64,000 nt of DNA from Lytechinus pictus (GCF_037042905.1 NC_087245.1:16742001-16806000), one strand, 5' to 3'. Positions 50,101-63,556 are shown, counted from the stretch's first letter. A program made the numbers and translations. Notes: a model not told the origin generated them from the sequence alone.

Positions 50101-53100
50101 CCAAGTGGAGATAGATGCCTTGCCAATTTGATTTTGCAGTAAATTTTTTATTTTTTTATTGTCTCACCTGCAAAGCAGAGTGAGACTATAGGCGCCGCTT
50201 TCCGACGGCGGCGGCGCCAACACCAAATATTAATCAAAGGTTAAGTTTTTGAAATGACAGCATAACTTAGAAAATATATGGACCTAGTTGATTAAACTGG
50301 GACATAAGGTTAATCAAGTATTACTGAACATTCTGCCGGAGTTTCATGTCACATGACCAAGGTCAAAGGTCATTTAGGGTCAATGAACTTTGGCCGAGTT
50401 GGGGGTATCTGTTGAATTACCATCATAACTTTGAAAGTTTGTTGGTCTAGTTCATAAAACTTGAATATAACAGTTATCAATTATCACTGAACATTCTGTG
50501 CAAATTTCAGGTCACATGACCAAGGTCAAAGGCCAATGAACTTTGGCCATGTTGGGGGTATCTGTTGAATTACCATCATAACTTTGAAAGTTTATGGATC
50601 TGATCCATAAAAACTTGGACATGATAATAATCAAGTATCACTTAACATTCTGTGTGAGTTTTAGGTCACATGACTAAGGTCAAAGGTCATTTAAGGTCAA
50701 TGAACTTTGGCCATGTTGGGGGTATTTGTTGAATAACCATCATAACTCTGTAAGTGTATGGATCTAGTTTATAAAATTTTGACATAAGAGTAATCAGGTA
50801 TCACTGAACATTCCATGCGAGTTTCAGGTCACATGACCAAAGTCAAAGGTCATTTTGGAGGTAATTATTAGATTGCTGTAATAACTTTCAAAGGTTATAG
50901 ATAGGCCTATAGTTTATAACATGTGGATATAGGGATAATCAAGTATTACTGACAAGTCTTAGGTCGCATGCTTAAAAAAAGCTTAAGCTGCCGCTTCCAG
51001 TGCATTCATGACATTAATCGTGCCAGGTACCCTCATGAATCTCTCCTGGGTTGAGTGCAGCACAATGTGAGTAAATTTCTTGATGAAGGAATGCATGACA
51101 TTTATAGGATTGGAACTCATGCCCCTCTATTTGGAAGATGAGATAAAACTTAGGTAATACTGATATATATATATATATATATATATAGGCCTACATCCTA
51201 AGAAAGGGCGAAGTCTATGAATGGGTTCATTCTGTCATTATACACATATAGACGTAAAGACGAAGGTAGAGGGCGTTAAGGCGCATTATGAACATTGAAA
51301 GAAGACAACAAAATTTGCCTTAAGCACAGATGAAGAGAAATATATATTTACATTCTGCGTGTTGGACACAGATGAGATAAAATAGGCAAAGAGGTAATGC
51401 AATGTTATAGTTCCAACAAAGTTTATTTCGAAGTCCAAATTTTCGACTAAACCTCCCGTCTCCTTCAGGGATACAATGCTCAAGCAATGCTGTGAGCATT
51501 GCTCAAGCTCAAGCAATTGCTCTATACTCAAGCAATGCTGTGAGCTTTATTGTATCCCTGAAGAAGATGTGAGGTTTACGTCACAAATTTAGACTTGGAA
51601 ATAAACTTTGTTGGAACTATAACAATGCATTACCTCTTTGCCTCTTTTATATATATATATTTACATATAGAGAGAGAGAGAGAATCAGCATTCAGCATTT
51701 CCATAGAAGTGTGGACTATTCCTATCAAGTCAGGATTTAAACCCAAATTTACTACCTTATGGAAAATACATGTCCCACCTGATGTCTTCATGTGATTGAT
51801 TTCTCTTACCAGCTGGAGGAAGCAATGCTCCTGTGAGTTCTGTACCAGGAATACCAAGCAAAGAAGATTACATGAAGGTCTATTGCACCCGTATAGGTGT
51901 ACCTTACCCTATCCAGGACTGGCAGTTCTATTTGGCTTTGGCTTACTTCAGGGCAGCATCTATTTGTGAAGTGAGTTGAATTTGTTATTGTATAACTGTA
52001 CTAGGAAGCAAAGTACGGGCAACTAATCCATGCTTATGTAGTGCCCAGTAGTTACTTTATTACAAGTCCTGAAGCATCTGAAGGGTGCAGCATATTTACC
52101 TTGGCGTTAAGAACAGCTGTAACGTACCCTGATAATTTAATTGAATGAAAGTCTGCCTGATCCCCATGAAGCTCACATCATTTTACTTGCTTTTCTGTAT
52201 GATTTTGTATTCATATGTTATTGTAATTATTGTGTGTGCAGTATGATGGTGGAATAAAAATCATTCAAGACATTCCAAAAGTAATACCAAACCTGCGAAT
52301 ATCATTGTAGGGGTAAGCTAAGATAATTTTCACACTACAAAATGGTTTACTGGTATTGGACAGTGTAACCTTTATCATGATATCTGATGTACATATATGT
52401 TAAAAAATTAGTGAACTGCATTTGGCATTGACTTACTTGGTGGTCCATGTAATTTGTGTACCTTATTAAAGCAAACACAAGTAAGATTTAAGAATAATGT
52501 TTAATTTCTATGAAAAAGATGTTTTAACCTCTTTTTTTTTTTTTGGGGGGGGGCACCAAAGACAACCCTTTTTCTAATATTACTTTTTCAGAGATGCATA
52601 TTTTGTAACCAAATGCATTTCTCAATAAAGTAACATTGATTGATGGTATCCCATTTGGTACTGATGTCATGTTTAGTTAATCTTGATTTGCATTTGATAT
52701 CTCCTTGTAGGATCTATTCATACTTGATCTTGATCTTCACACACACACACACACTTTATTGAGAGATAGTCAACTTTACCAAACAGACAAACATTGATTC
52801 AACTATCTTTACCAATTGTGTGCGAGTGTGAATGCATTTATCATGAACTTTCACACACATACTAGGTGATTTGCCATTTTGCTCACTATCTTCATAGATG
52901 CAATCAATAATTGTACAATTGATAACAACTGTGCATGTGTGGTAAACAATGTTCATATAATTTTAGTTCATTGTTGATATTGATTTTATCTCTTTATGTT
53001 ACAGGGCCTTGACCTGAGGTCCCTTGAAAGACCTTGCTTTGTTTTGTTTGTGTAGTATGAACGCATCTGGCGTGATGATGATCTTTACTCTGAGTACATG

Positions 53101-56100
53101 TATACAATTGATAGCATGTTTGCCTTTTGTTCCGGGTCAATGGATCTTGTCAATGTCATGAAAAAGATCAGTTTCTTTTATTTGGTTCCAATTTATGAAG
53201 AAAAAAAATGGTTATTGTTTGCAAGGCACTATTCCCAGTGAATATACCCATTCCTGTATCAGGAGTGTAAGGTCACAACAAAGACCTTGATAGAGTATGA
53301 ACACATTCAGCTTCCCCAATGGACTTTGCCCCTTGATATCGAGGCGTTGTTTACATTGCTTTATCTTTCCTTTTCATCTGCATTACTAGGGAGTATATGC
53401 TAGATCCAAGCTCGGAAACGCCAGTTCCGAGTCAGCCGAAACATTAGGTTATGTTGCAAGACTTTTAAGTGATGCCAGTCTTCAGATCGCCAAAGGGTTA
53501 GTTGACATTTCTTTGTATTGACCAGGTTTTGTTTTCTCTCTGTGTTGTATTACTAGGGTGTGTATGCTAGGTCAAAACTTGGTAATGCAAGCTCTGAAAC
53601 GGCTGAGACTAGAGGAGCTGCAGCAAAGCTTCTTTCTGATGCTAGTCTGCATATAGCTAAAGGGTACGGTCAGTTTGTTTGCTACACGTAGGTTTACCAA
53701 CAATGTTTTATCACAGTTTGTTAAGTGTTTGAAAAATCTTGGAAATCATGATCACCTGTACATTTCATTAAAAAAGTAGCTGCATGTGATTTTCAATGTT
53801 CAGAAAATACATAATTTGGATCTGTTCATGTATCTGTAAATGTGTGGTTGTTTAACCTGAGGTTCAGTTTTATTTTTGATTCCAACAAGACAATTACAAT
53901 TACTACAAGACAATGGAAAATAGGAAAATTCTGGCTTTTTAAGTTATACATGTACATAGTTTTAAAAATCATTAATGTGGACAATATTGATAGTAAAGAA
54001 ATGATGGAACTGATAATGCCACACTTAACTGTTTGTACATGAATTGAATGAACTAAATTATGATAATGAAAAAATATGGCATATTGCTGCTATGATGTCA
54101 TTGATTCTCATTTGCATACTGACCTCCTTGTGCTTATCAATATTTTCTACCATATGTTAATATCAAATAAAAAATGTTGTTTTTCTGCTTATCAATGGAT
54201 ACATCTCTCTAACCACCAAATTTTTTAATCCACTTCAATCAGCTCGATGTGTGTTATTATTGTTAGTGTTTGTTCTGCCATTTTTATTATTTTTTTGCAT
54301 TTACTTGACTTTAAGTTTCACTCATATTGTCTCATATTTTGGAACAAGTTTTAATCATAGTTCATTGATTTCATTTTACTTCTGTCCTAGATATATTTCA
54401 TCGTCCGAGGTGTCAGTCATTGATTCTTGAAGCAAAAATGTTATGATTGCTGTTGTCTAATTGTTATATCAGTTTATACTTCACCATCTACTTGACTTTA
54501 ATTTTTTTTGGGTACCTATTCTCTGTTTTTAGCTTTGAAATGTTTATGTAACAGTATTTTTACTGGCCTAGATCTGGCTTTAATTACATTTTGACACATT
54601 CCCTCTCCATTATTTGTTGTCAGTCAATATGTCGGTGAATGTTTTTTAAAGCAAAGATAATTAATTTGATACTTTCTTGATTAAACATTTTAGAACTGAT
54701 ATCTGAAGGGGAATGGTGAGTGGAAGGAGGGGGGGGGGGTGTGTCAGATATACCCTACGTAAAATTGTAGTCTATCCCCCCCCCCCCTTCTTCAGTCGAG
54801 TTAATCCAAATTGTATTCATGAATTCATCTTCAGATCCACATCAAATGCCAAGAGACCATTGACAAGTTCTTTAATTGGAGACATCTATCCAGCTCTTGC
54901 CATGCAGCCATTGTCTGATAGGGGGAGGGACCTACTGCAAAAGGTCACCGACTTCGTCAAGAAGGAGATCATCCCTGCAGAACCGGTAAGGGTAGTGTTT
55001 CACCAAATATGAATTGATTTCAAACATTTATGTAACCCCTGAATGCAATGAGACATTTTTTTTTAATTGTTGGAGATAGAAATTGAACCAGAATACACAG
55101 ACATGCCAATGATGAATATTGATTTTATGTATAAACCAAGGGGTGTTTTATGAAGTGAAGTCTTTTGTTGGTGAAACATATCCTATTCTATATTAATATA
55201 ATAAATGAATACGTCTCATTTGATGTATTAATTAAAGGGTTTCCCCTGTCTGCCATTTTCTTATGAATGTCATTGTTGGTTGTAGAACTTCATAATTATT
55301 CTAGGCACTTCTACATTGTTGCACTTTCTCTTCTTGCCTGAAGTATCCTTGGATGACATTTTTCGAACAGTCCATTGCAAATCATTTAGAAAATCGTGCA
55401 AAATTTCCATCAATTCAAATATACAAATTAAATTTGAAAATATTCATAAATGCTGGAAAACTACTAGTATGTCAGAATCGTCACATCCAATCTTCTAATT
55501 CATTTTTTCTATGCTCTTGAACCCTGTCAAAATTGTGGCAATTATTAAGGAAATTATTATTTTACTGCTAGGGATCACCCAAGGCCATTTAGTATGAACT
55601 GTTATGGTCACAAGATGGCATGCTGTAACTAAATTCCGCAAGCTGGCATTCATGGTTGGGTTACTATTAGTATTTGGGAAGAATTTCAAGTTTGTTCATC
55701 TCTTGTTTCATATTTTGTCCAGATATTCGAACATCATATAAAAACAGCAAAGGACCCATGGACGATTCCACCTATAATGGAAGAACTTAAGGTGAGTGAG
55801 TCTATATCAAAAGTATATGAGAAATTCAATGTTTAGGGCCCCATAACACGAAGCTAATTGATTGGCTTTGTAATTGATATGTTTGATTGATTGCTTATAA
55901 TCATCAATACAGGTGATAACAATAAGCCCTACTATCTATCACTATGTGGTTTTTATTACCAAGCCATGATCTGTTGTCTGGTGAACTTTGTTTGTGTGGT
56001 GATATTCTAGAAGTTTTGAACATGTTTAGGGTCAGAGGTCAAGTTCAAGTTGTACTTCAAATGAATATTTATTCTCTTCCATTTCACATCAGATGACTAC

Positions 56101-59100
56101 ATGTCTTTTCAGAGTAAGTGTAAAAGAAGAGAAAAGAAAGAGAAATGATATTTTAAAAAATAGTGGATAAAAATGAAGGAATATACCTATGGGATAAAAA
56201 TGCTTGCCAAAGATCTTTTGCCAAACAGCCTTCCTTAACTAGTTCATGTAGTGCTTGCTCGTTGTATGTACACATATTCTTGAGAGTTCCCTAGAACACA
56301 GCCATGTTCTACTCACAGAATTGGGTCCTGTTTCATAAATACTTGCAATAATAACAAATGCACAATTTCTATAACAAGTTTACTATCAGCCAATCAAATT
56401 TACAATAGCTTCAAACTGTTATTGCAATTTTAACAAGTTTTATGAAATGGGTACCAGGGGCCCGTGACGCAAAGGTTATAAATGATCGTAGAACATTTTT
56501 CTTCAATTGATTCCATTGAATACAATGTACAATCAATCGTAGAAATCAAGGGTATGATTAATCGCTAACCTTTGTGTTACGGGACCCAGATGTTCTTTTT
56601 TTTCTGATTAATATCATGGAAACCTTGGGAATGATGTGGGTGCATGAATGGATTAACTTAGCTCTCTTACAAGTACCTTTGGGTACTGTAGTAAATTGAA
56701 GCCCCCGAATTACTACTGTTCCTTATTTCATTGACACTACTACAGGCCAAGGCTAAATCAGCAGGGTTGTGGAACCTGTTTCTACCATCCGAATCCGGTT
56801 TGACCCAGTTGGAGTATGCGTACATGGCAGAACAGATGGGAAGATCTCCCATAGGACCAGAACCATTCAACTGTGCTGCCCCAGGTAAACTTTCATATGC
56901 CATGTTCCACATATCACCATTGCCTGGCTCAAAACGCACAATAAGTGGGCCAAAATTGATTAATGAGGGGTCATTGGTACAATTCGAAAACAAAGAAATT
57001 CTAAGTTTTTAATAGAACAACTTAAATGATGTGAAGAAGAAATTCAGAGAGAGGTTTGAAGAACAAAAAAAAAATGGGTTGATCAAAGTGTGGTGTTCAC
57101 TGAAGCATTCTTTGTGCATGCTGTCTTTCCTGCGTAATAATCCCACAAGCATCTTTTAATCGCCAACCCTTGCAATTGAAAACATGAGAGAAAGTCAATA
57201 TGAAAAATGCTTAGAGCCTTTGTAGTGGGACTTGTGCTAAAAGATTCAACACATACTATTGGTTAAAGGTGCCTTGATAGCCATATGCATTAAAGACCCG
57301 CTACTGGCATAATGCCATGCTCATCTTGCTAAATCTGAGTAATTTCCCACTTCCCACAAGAATCATTTGGCACATAATTCATAAATCATTTTGTTGGATA
57401 AGGTTAGAAATCATGTTGTGATTGTTACCACGGCTGGCCCTTTTCTATAATGTCTTCAGATACCGGTAACATGGAGGTCCTACACCTGTATGGCACTCCT
57501 GAGCAGAAGGAGAGATGGTTACGTCCTTTACTAGAGGGTCGTATCAGATCATGCTACTGTATGACTGGTAAGTAGTGTATCTTCATAATGAACTTTTTTT
57601 TATAATTTTGTTTTTATTGAAAAACAATCATGAAAAATCACAATATTTGCACGTAATTGTTGCAAGATTAGAGTACAAAATCACAGAAACCAGAAAATAA
57701 AAAGTAATGAAAAATGGCAGAACAGAGACTGAAACGCTTCTCATTCAAGGGTGAAACTCTGGGTTCCGTATTTGATTTAAACCCTAAAAAAATCACTTAT
57801 AGATACATATTTACACTTACCTTCTTCTCTTAGTTTGTTTAATGCTTTATCATATATACTTATATGTCTTTTGCACATTATCAGTTGTTCCCCATTCTTT
57901 TCCTTTTTTCCCCCACTCTTATGCACCAGTTTATTATGCCTTTCTTTGTAACCTGTTTGACCCACCTCTCACTAATTCTCTAGTTATTCATCCCTCTATC
58001 ACTGTTTTGTTCCAGATCCTGTTTGATGTTGCCTGCCTCATTATCTTAATCCCTCTTGGCCTTACTTACACTAACTTCCCTTTGTGTCTGCCTACTCCTT
58101 TTCTTTCATCCCCTTCACTAACCTGATTGGTCTTCTCTACTTACTAATGCCCCTTTTGTCTCCTTGTTTCTAGTGTTGCTGTAGCTTGTTTGTGGTCTAT
58201 ATTATGGTTGTTCCACTTTATATATTTGTCATTTTGCCTCCGACAAAGATTCTGCTAGGATCGAAAGCTTAGGCCCCTTTTTGACTCCCTAAAAAAATAC
58301 AACACTTCCCTTTGATGTGCACAACCTACATTTCTTTGATATCTTGATGATTAACACCCCAACGTATGATGTGATATTATATTTTTCAACTTTTCCCTTT
58401 ATCCTGTTTCCACCATGTGTTATATTTCCTTCTAGAACCTGATGTGGCCTCCAGCGATGCTACTAACATGGAATGCACCTTCACCAGAGAAGGAGATGAG
58501 TATGTCGTCAATGGAAAGAAGTGGTGGAGCAGTGGTAGGTTCATCCCATGAATATGACTACAGGGGTGTGGAGGAATTAGTAAATGCCTTGCTATGAGCA
58601 GTGGGGTTATACATGTATACTCAAATAATGTTGTAATGTTTGTTAAGTGTTTTTGTGCCCCTTATTTTTAACTAATTGAAGAATCATTTTAGGACCACCA
58701 TCATAGTAATAACATGTATACTGATTATCACTTAAAGACAAATGGAAGTAGTTGCAGTCAACACCTGATTTCATGGGAAAGTCTGCAAAACCAAGGTTGT
58801 AACTATATCATCGTCGATATAGATCTGGTACAGTTTTACTAACTGAACTTTTGAAATCCTGAAATCTAATCTGAAAACTATTACACTGAAGATTACCAAC
58901 ACAGATAAACAAGAGTTGGACAGTGTATTATTATTTCTTGGAATAATACTTGACATTTTGCATGAATCCAATTTCTTTTGCCAAGTTCTCAGCAGTGACA
59001 CAGTGTTTTCGAGATTCCTTTCACACGTATCTTTATTCATGTAAACAGACACGTGGGTGGTCATTTGACTGGATTCTATACAAACTCATTTTGAAATCAT

Positions 59101-62100
59101 TACCACAACTGGCATGTATCTTTAAATTCCTAATGGTTGTGGAGATGAATGTAAGAATATGTTAATTTACATGTTGGTTATCACTTGCTTTGTAAAATTA
59201 ATATTTCTTTGAACCTGCAGTACATCAAATGGATGATAAAATTCAAATCTTGTGTAATCCTGGGATACAAATCAAGACACTTACACCTCTAACGGCAATT
59301 GAACTTTGCTTTTCAGGTGTTGGACAGGTAGAAGAAACTAGAATATTGTCATCTGAATGATGGCTTATGCCATGGACTGTTGAAAGTAGTTTGTTTGTGT
59401 GTTAAACAAGTGAAGGAGCTCTTCATCAATACATGTTGGAACAAATGGCCATGATTTACATTAAGGGGGTAACAGGTGTCTCAGCGTTTTGCCTGTATAA
59501 GAAATGCACTGAAATTCTTCAGAAATCATGAATGGAATATGATATGATAATACTGGAATTAATCTTTGAATTAACATAGTGTTTCTGGATGTATTTTCCA
59601 TAGGTGCTGGTGACCCAAGGTTAGGTGTTGCCATAGTGATGGGTCGAACTGGAAATAAAGATTCTGCTACGTAAGTGCATTGATTCATACGTACCTATGT
59701 GTTCTCTTTTTAAACTATTCTGGTATCTAGCTATTATCAAGTCTTCTGTGAATGAAGATGTATGCATCCCTTGGTTTGTCTTATGGGTTTAGACCACAGG
59801 AAGAATTTGCCAGATGTTTTATTTGATGTATCTGACAAAGTCTGTTTTATCCACCAGTTGCTGAATTTAAATTCAGACACCAGTGGTGCTCAGCCAATCA
59901 AAATCAAGGAAAGTTCTCAGTCTACATATGTTGATAAAATCGTATTTAGCTCCATAATGTATTTTCTGTCATTACTTTGTCAAAAATTTAATAAGTATAT
60001 TTTTTATTTCTTTACATAACCTTGTATGTTGTCTTTCTTTCAATATTTGTTTGCATGCACAGTATACATGGCGATTACTTTATGTTCATTTTATTCAATT
60101 GACTATACTGCAGGCATAAGCAACATAGTATGATCATCGTTCCAACTGATGCACCAGGGTTTATCAAAGTGAGGCCTCTATCGGTATTTGGGAACGTAGG
60201 TAAGAATACAGCAAGTATCACTGACCAATTTGTTTATTTTTTTTACCTATTGGTTCTTTCTGGTACTCTCCTATGAAATTTTGTTGTTGTTTAATGTATA
60301 ATATTTTTAGAATGTGGCATAACGAAAAGACATTGGGGGAGGCTCAAAAATTTTGCATCATCACTTGATGGCGTAGTTACTAAAGGGGTATGACATGCTA
60401 ACAATTATATGATTTGAACAGAGACTAAAATCAAACAAAACATTGTTCCACACAAGTTTGGCAGTTCTGTGGATGCTGCAGCCAAGATTTTGCGTTTAGA
60501 TTTGAAAAGCCCCTCATCCACTTTGTATAAAGAACATACATTCTGCAATGCCTGGTTGTCATCTACTCTCAGAGTTGTAATTGCCTTTATAGCAAGGCAA
60601 CAGAGAACATGTAGGCTTCGAAATTGAAATCTGGGTTCTATCTCACCGATAAAGTAGACGGCTTTTCTATAGTAGGCTTCTGGACATCTGTACTGAGCCT
60701 GTTCAACACCCTCATCTATTTGGCGGGGTGGTTTCCTCTTCCTCAGTAATACTGGACCCCTAATCTCGTAGTTTGTATCTTTCAAAGTATTTTTAATTCT
60801 TCAAACTTCTTCCGTTTTTTTGCCACAGCATATTGAAGTCCCTTCATCCGCAGTGTTACAAAATTCCTAGATACAGAATGTACAGTCACCTTGGCATGGA
60901 CTACATCCATATCTGCTCGCTGTAGATATCTGCTGAATGAATCTACCTGGCCAACTTCCAGGACTGTCAGACATACATGAAATCCTGTTAACAAAGTCCT
61001 CTTGCATCAACAGCAACTTTTGGATTCGGGTCATCCTCGATTTCAAGAAGAGCTTGATCAGATTTGGTGAGGTTACGTTATCCACAGTTGCTTTTATAGC
61101 AGAATATCGGCATGACCATCTGATTACACTCTGGCCTTTCAGCTGTTCAGCTCTCTGACCTGGTTCCCTCTGAATCTTTTCCAATGTTTCATGATGCTTG
61201 CAACTTCCTTCAATGAACTTGTAGAGTGACTGTATATAACCAAGGCAGTTTCATAGTTCAGGGTTGCTTGAGATACTCTGCTGTAGCACCAAGTAGAGTC
61301 TGAGCATGGCATTGCAAATAGATTGACTGTGGGGCAACTTTTTTTCATTCTTGGTGCAAGGCCAAGTGTCTTCCCACTCATGTCACTGGTGGTGCCATCA
61401 TGCCCTTCTATGACAAGGTTCAGTAGCTTGAAGCTAAGGGATGAGAGAGTGTCAGTTAATAACTCATAAAGTTGCTCTCTGGTTTGAAATTGTGTATCAT
61501 AAAACCCTATGAAATCTTTCCATCATGCACCATCAATGCAGATTGTCATGCTAACAGATACCTGTACGTTCTGGCTGATATTTGCAGTCTTGTCAACAAT
61601 TACTCCATGGTACTCTGCTTTCTTGGTCTCATGACAAATCCTTTCAATGCATCAATCACCAAGAAGTTTCAGTGGCTCATTTTGAGTTGCTGGAGGAAAC
61701 CAAGCAGGACCATGATCCTTCCTGCTCAGTTTATTCCTTATACCTGACCTGTCACTACATCTAAGAACAAGCATTCCAAGGAAATTTCCCGTTTTTAGCT
61801 GATACATTTGCAACATGCGACCGATCTGTCTGCAAAAAGCAATTTTTTTTTTGCTGCAAAAGGCTAGAGTGTGAATTATTGACTTCAAATTGTGATTGAT
61901 TCTTTTCAACTTCAGCTGTGTGAAGATCACAAGTAGCATTTACTGACAAAACAACCCCTTGCCAGTTCTCCATCTGCACTGCTGAGGTAATGCCTCCCTT
62001 GTACGCCCTATACACTAGTAATACAAATATGTCAGTGTCATCACTGAAGAGCATATGATACAACAGTGACATCAACTTCCTCATGTTCATAGAGGTAATC

Positions 62101-63556
62101 GTTCTGACTGTTCGTGGTTGTTTGATCTCCATAGTCAAACGTTGAGAGGAGAGCAGAGAGTTGTCTCTTGTTCTTATTCTTCATGACCGTTTCTCGGCAA
62201 GGCGGATCTGTCTGAGTGAGGTTGTAATCAGTGGATCCTGCACCACCACGCTGAATTCTTTCCTGGTCCTTTGGGGAAAGCTCTTCATACTGTAGTTGTC
62301 AAACACAAGCACTTTTTGGGAGTCACTGTACTTTTCAAGTCTCCTCCTCATGGATGCTGCCAGAACAGAAACATTACCACTTACGGGCCATACGAGATGG
62401 TATAGGAGGTGATGGTTCACTCTGAGATACACTTAATGGAGTACGGCGGGGTATTAATCACCTTCAGTAATAGTTCTAGATAAACTTGTTTTTGAGACAG
62501 AGGATTGTGTTTTGTTTCCAACTGTATGTTTGTTTCGTGCTTGTTAATTATGTTTTTTACTCATATCATCCTCATCTGGTAATTCATTTCATCTTATATT
62601 TAGGTTCCATGCACACAAATAACATGGCCATTGTCCATGGGTGGTGGAGCAGAGGATTATCTGCCGCCCATGCCATTGTCAATCATAATGCCCTTTTCGT
62701 AAATACTATTATATATCTCTATATAACTCTATATATGTCCACTTTGATTAGTTCATGACACATGTCAATGTCGAAGAACCTAAATTATCCAGATATTAGA
62801 TTTAAACATTTTAACTGAATTATATCTTGAAAAGCCACCCCATGATATAGATTAAATTATGTTAATTAGATATGGAAATGAGAAGAATGTGATGTACTCA
62901 CATCAAAGTACTTGTTCCAAGAGATGAACACCTCATCAGGATGTACATGTAGAAAAGTATGACAGTTTGATATCACAGGGTTATTTTTAAAGACTTCCTT
63001 TTTTTAGGTTGATGATTGATATTTGAAAATATGCTTATCAGGTTCATTTGAATAATGAAATATCTATAATATCAACTTAATTTACATATTAAAATGATAA
63101 TGAGCCTTAAAACTTATTTTCACATATTGTGGACTACACTCATTATGTTCTGTCACCAATATTTTCAGACTTGTTTATATAGATACAATTCATGAGCAAT
63201 ATGCTTATTATCTCATTGTGTTTTTTTATGCTAATTACATCAAATACATTCCTCCCATGGTTACCAAGGTGGCAACCAAGCTAAAACTACTTCAAACCCT
63301 ATCTAGAACACAAATCAACCCCAAAAACCGTGTACCTACCAACTTTTCCGGGTCATGTACATGGCTTATGGGGCTGTCTACTGGACTGAGGATGAAAAAT
63401 GTTTTGTCAAGTTTTCAAAGTAACTTCCTTGTACTTCTTGAATGACTGGCTTTAATTATAGCATATGTATCTCTCTTTGGCTATCAGATGCACCCCATGG
63501 ACATTTTGAAGTGAGATTTGACAATGTTAGAGTGCCTGCCTCCAACATCATTTTAG
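44136..63556 (+). CDS. ACAD11: Acyl-CoA dehydrogenase family member 11-like (APH-type kinase domain + ACAD domain, no N-terminal HAD domain); 3' end lies beyond the window
   Basis: Exons 44136-44263, 45760-45859 (GQSNPTFYL...RKKPPG), 46396-46521, 46898-47059, 48515-48691 (HGDFRLEN), 49690-49816 ([17 protein letters not shown]), 51813-51970, 53390-53496 or 53557-53663, 54835-54985, 55723-55791, 56746-56884 (GLWNLFLP...FNCAAP), 57460-57567 (DTGNMEVL), 58436-58534 ([11 protein letters not shown]...NGKKWW), 59604-59670, 60114-60199, 63488-63556 ([14 protein letters not shown]). All phases are compatible. Confidence 0.9.
50161..50970 (+). mobile_element. Second (3'-truncated) copy of the HINE-like repeat with internal tandem subrepeats
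   Basis: Starts gtctcacctgcaaagcagagtgagactataggcgccgc, homologous to 26686. Repeated tcacatgaccaaggtcaaagg units. Confidence 0.7.
51377..51650. repeat. Inverted pair of ~100-bp Penelope-like terminal fragments, each with a decayed hammerhead motif
   Basis: 51377-51477 is the diverged reverse complement of 51549-51650. Each arm has a tcc-ctgaag(a/g)-stem-gaaa/acaa-attt-(g/a)ga layout. Confidence 0.6.
53390..53496 (+). CDS. ACAD11: ACAD11-like alternative exon 8a (107 nt)
   Basis: ttactag|...|gttagt; encodes [35 protein letters not shown]. Confidence 0.8.
53557..53663 (+). CDS. ACAD11: ACAD11-like alternative exon 8b (107 nt)
   Basis: ttactag|...|gtacgg; encodes [35 protein letters not shown]. 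Confidence 0.8.
56457..56587. mobile_element. Small MITE
   Basis: ggggcccgtgacgcaaaggtta ... taacctttgtgttacgggaccc imperfect TIRs. Confidence 0.55.
58236..58274 (+). ncRNA. Degenerate minimal hammerhead ribozyme motif (Penelope-type)
   Basis: gcct-ccgacaa-agattc-tgcta-ggatc-gaaa-gctt-aggc. Stem I, stem II, GAAA and the palindromic aagctt are present, but the core differs from CUGANGA at two positions. Confidence 0.5.
60400..62700 (-). pseudogene. Frameshifted remnant of a transposon-like coding sequence with PIN/FEN1-XPG-like acidic motifs, in an ACAD11 intron
   Basis: Coding-like composition. Ordered minus-strand motifs in shifting frames: VFDNY (62292-62306), KDQERIQR (62248-62271), HEEVD (62071-62085), [10 protein letters not shown] (from 62045). 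Boundaries are approximate. Confidence 0.5.

Noticed and set aside
53004..53060. Possible third copy of ACAD11 exon 8 after ttacag
   Set aside because: Only trivial similarity (GLDLRS) and an in-frame stop within about 17 codons.
44136..63556. Calling the gene ACAD10
   Set aside because: The first exon starts directly at the kinase domain with no upstream HAD domain, and the sequence resembles ACAD11 as I recall it. A phylogeny is needed for certainty.
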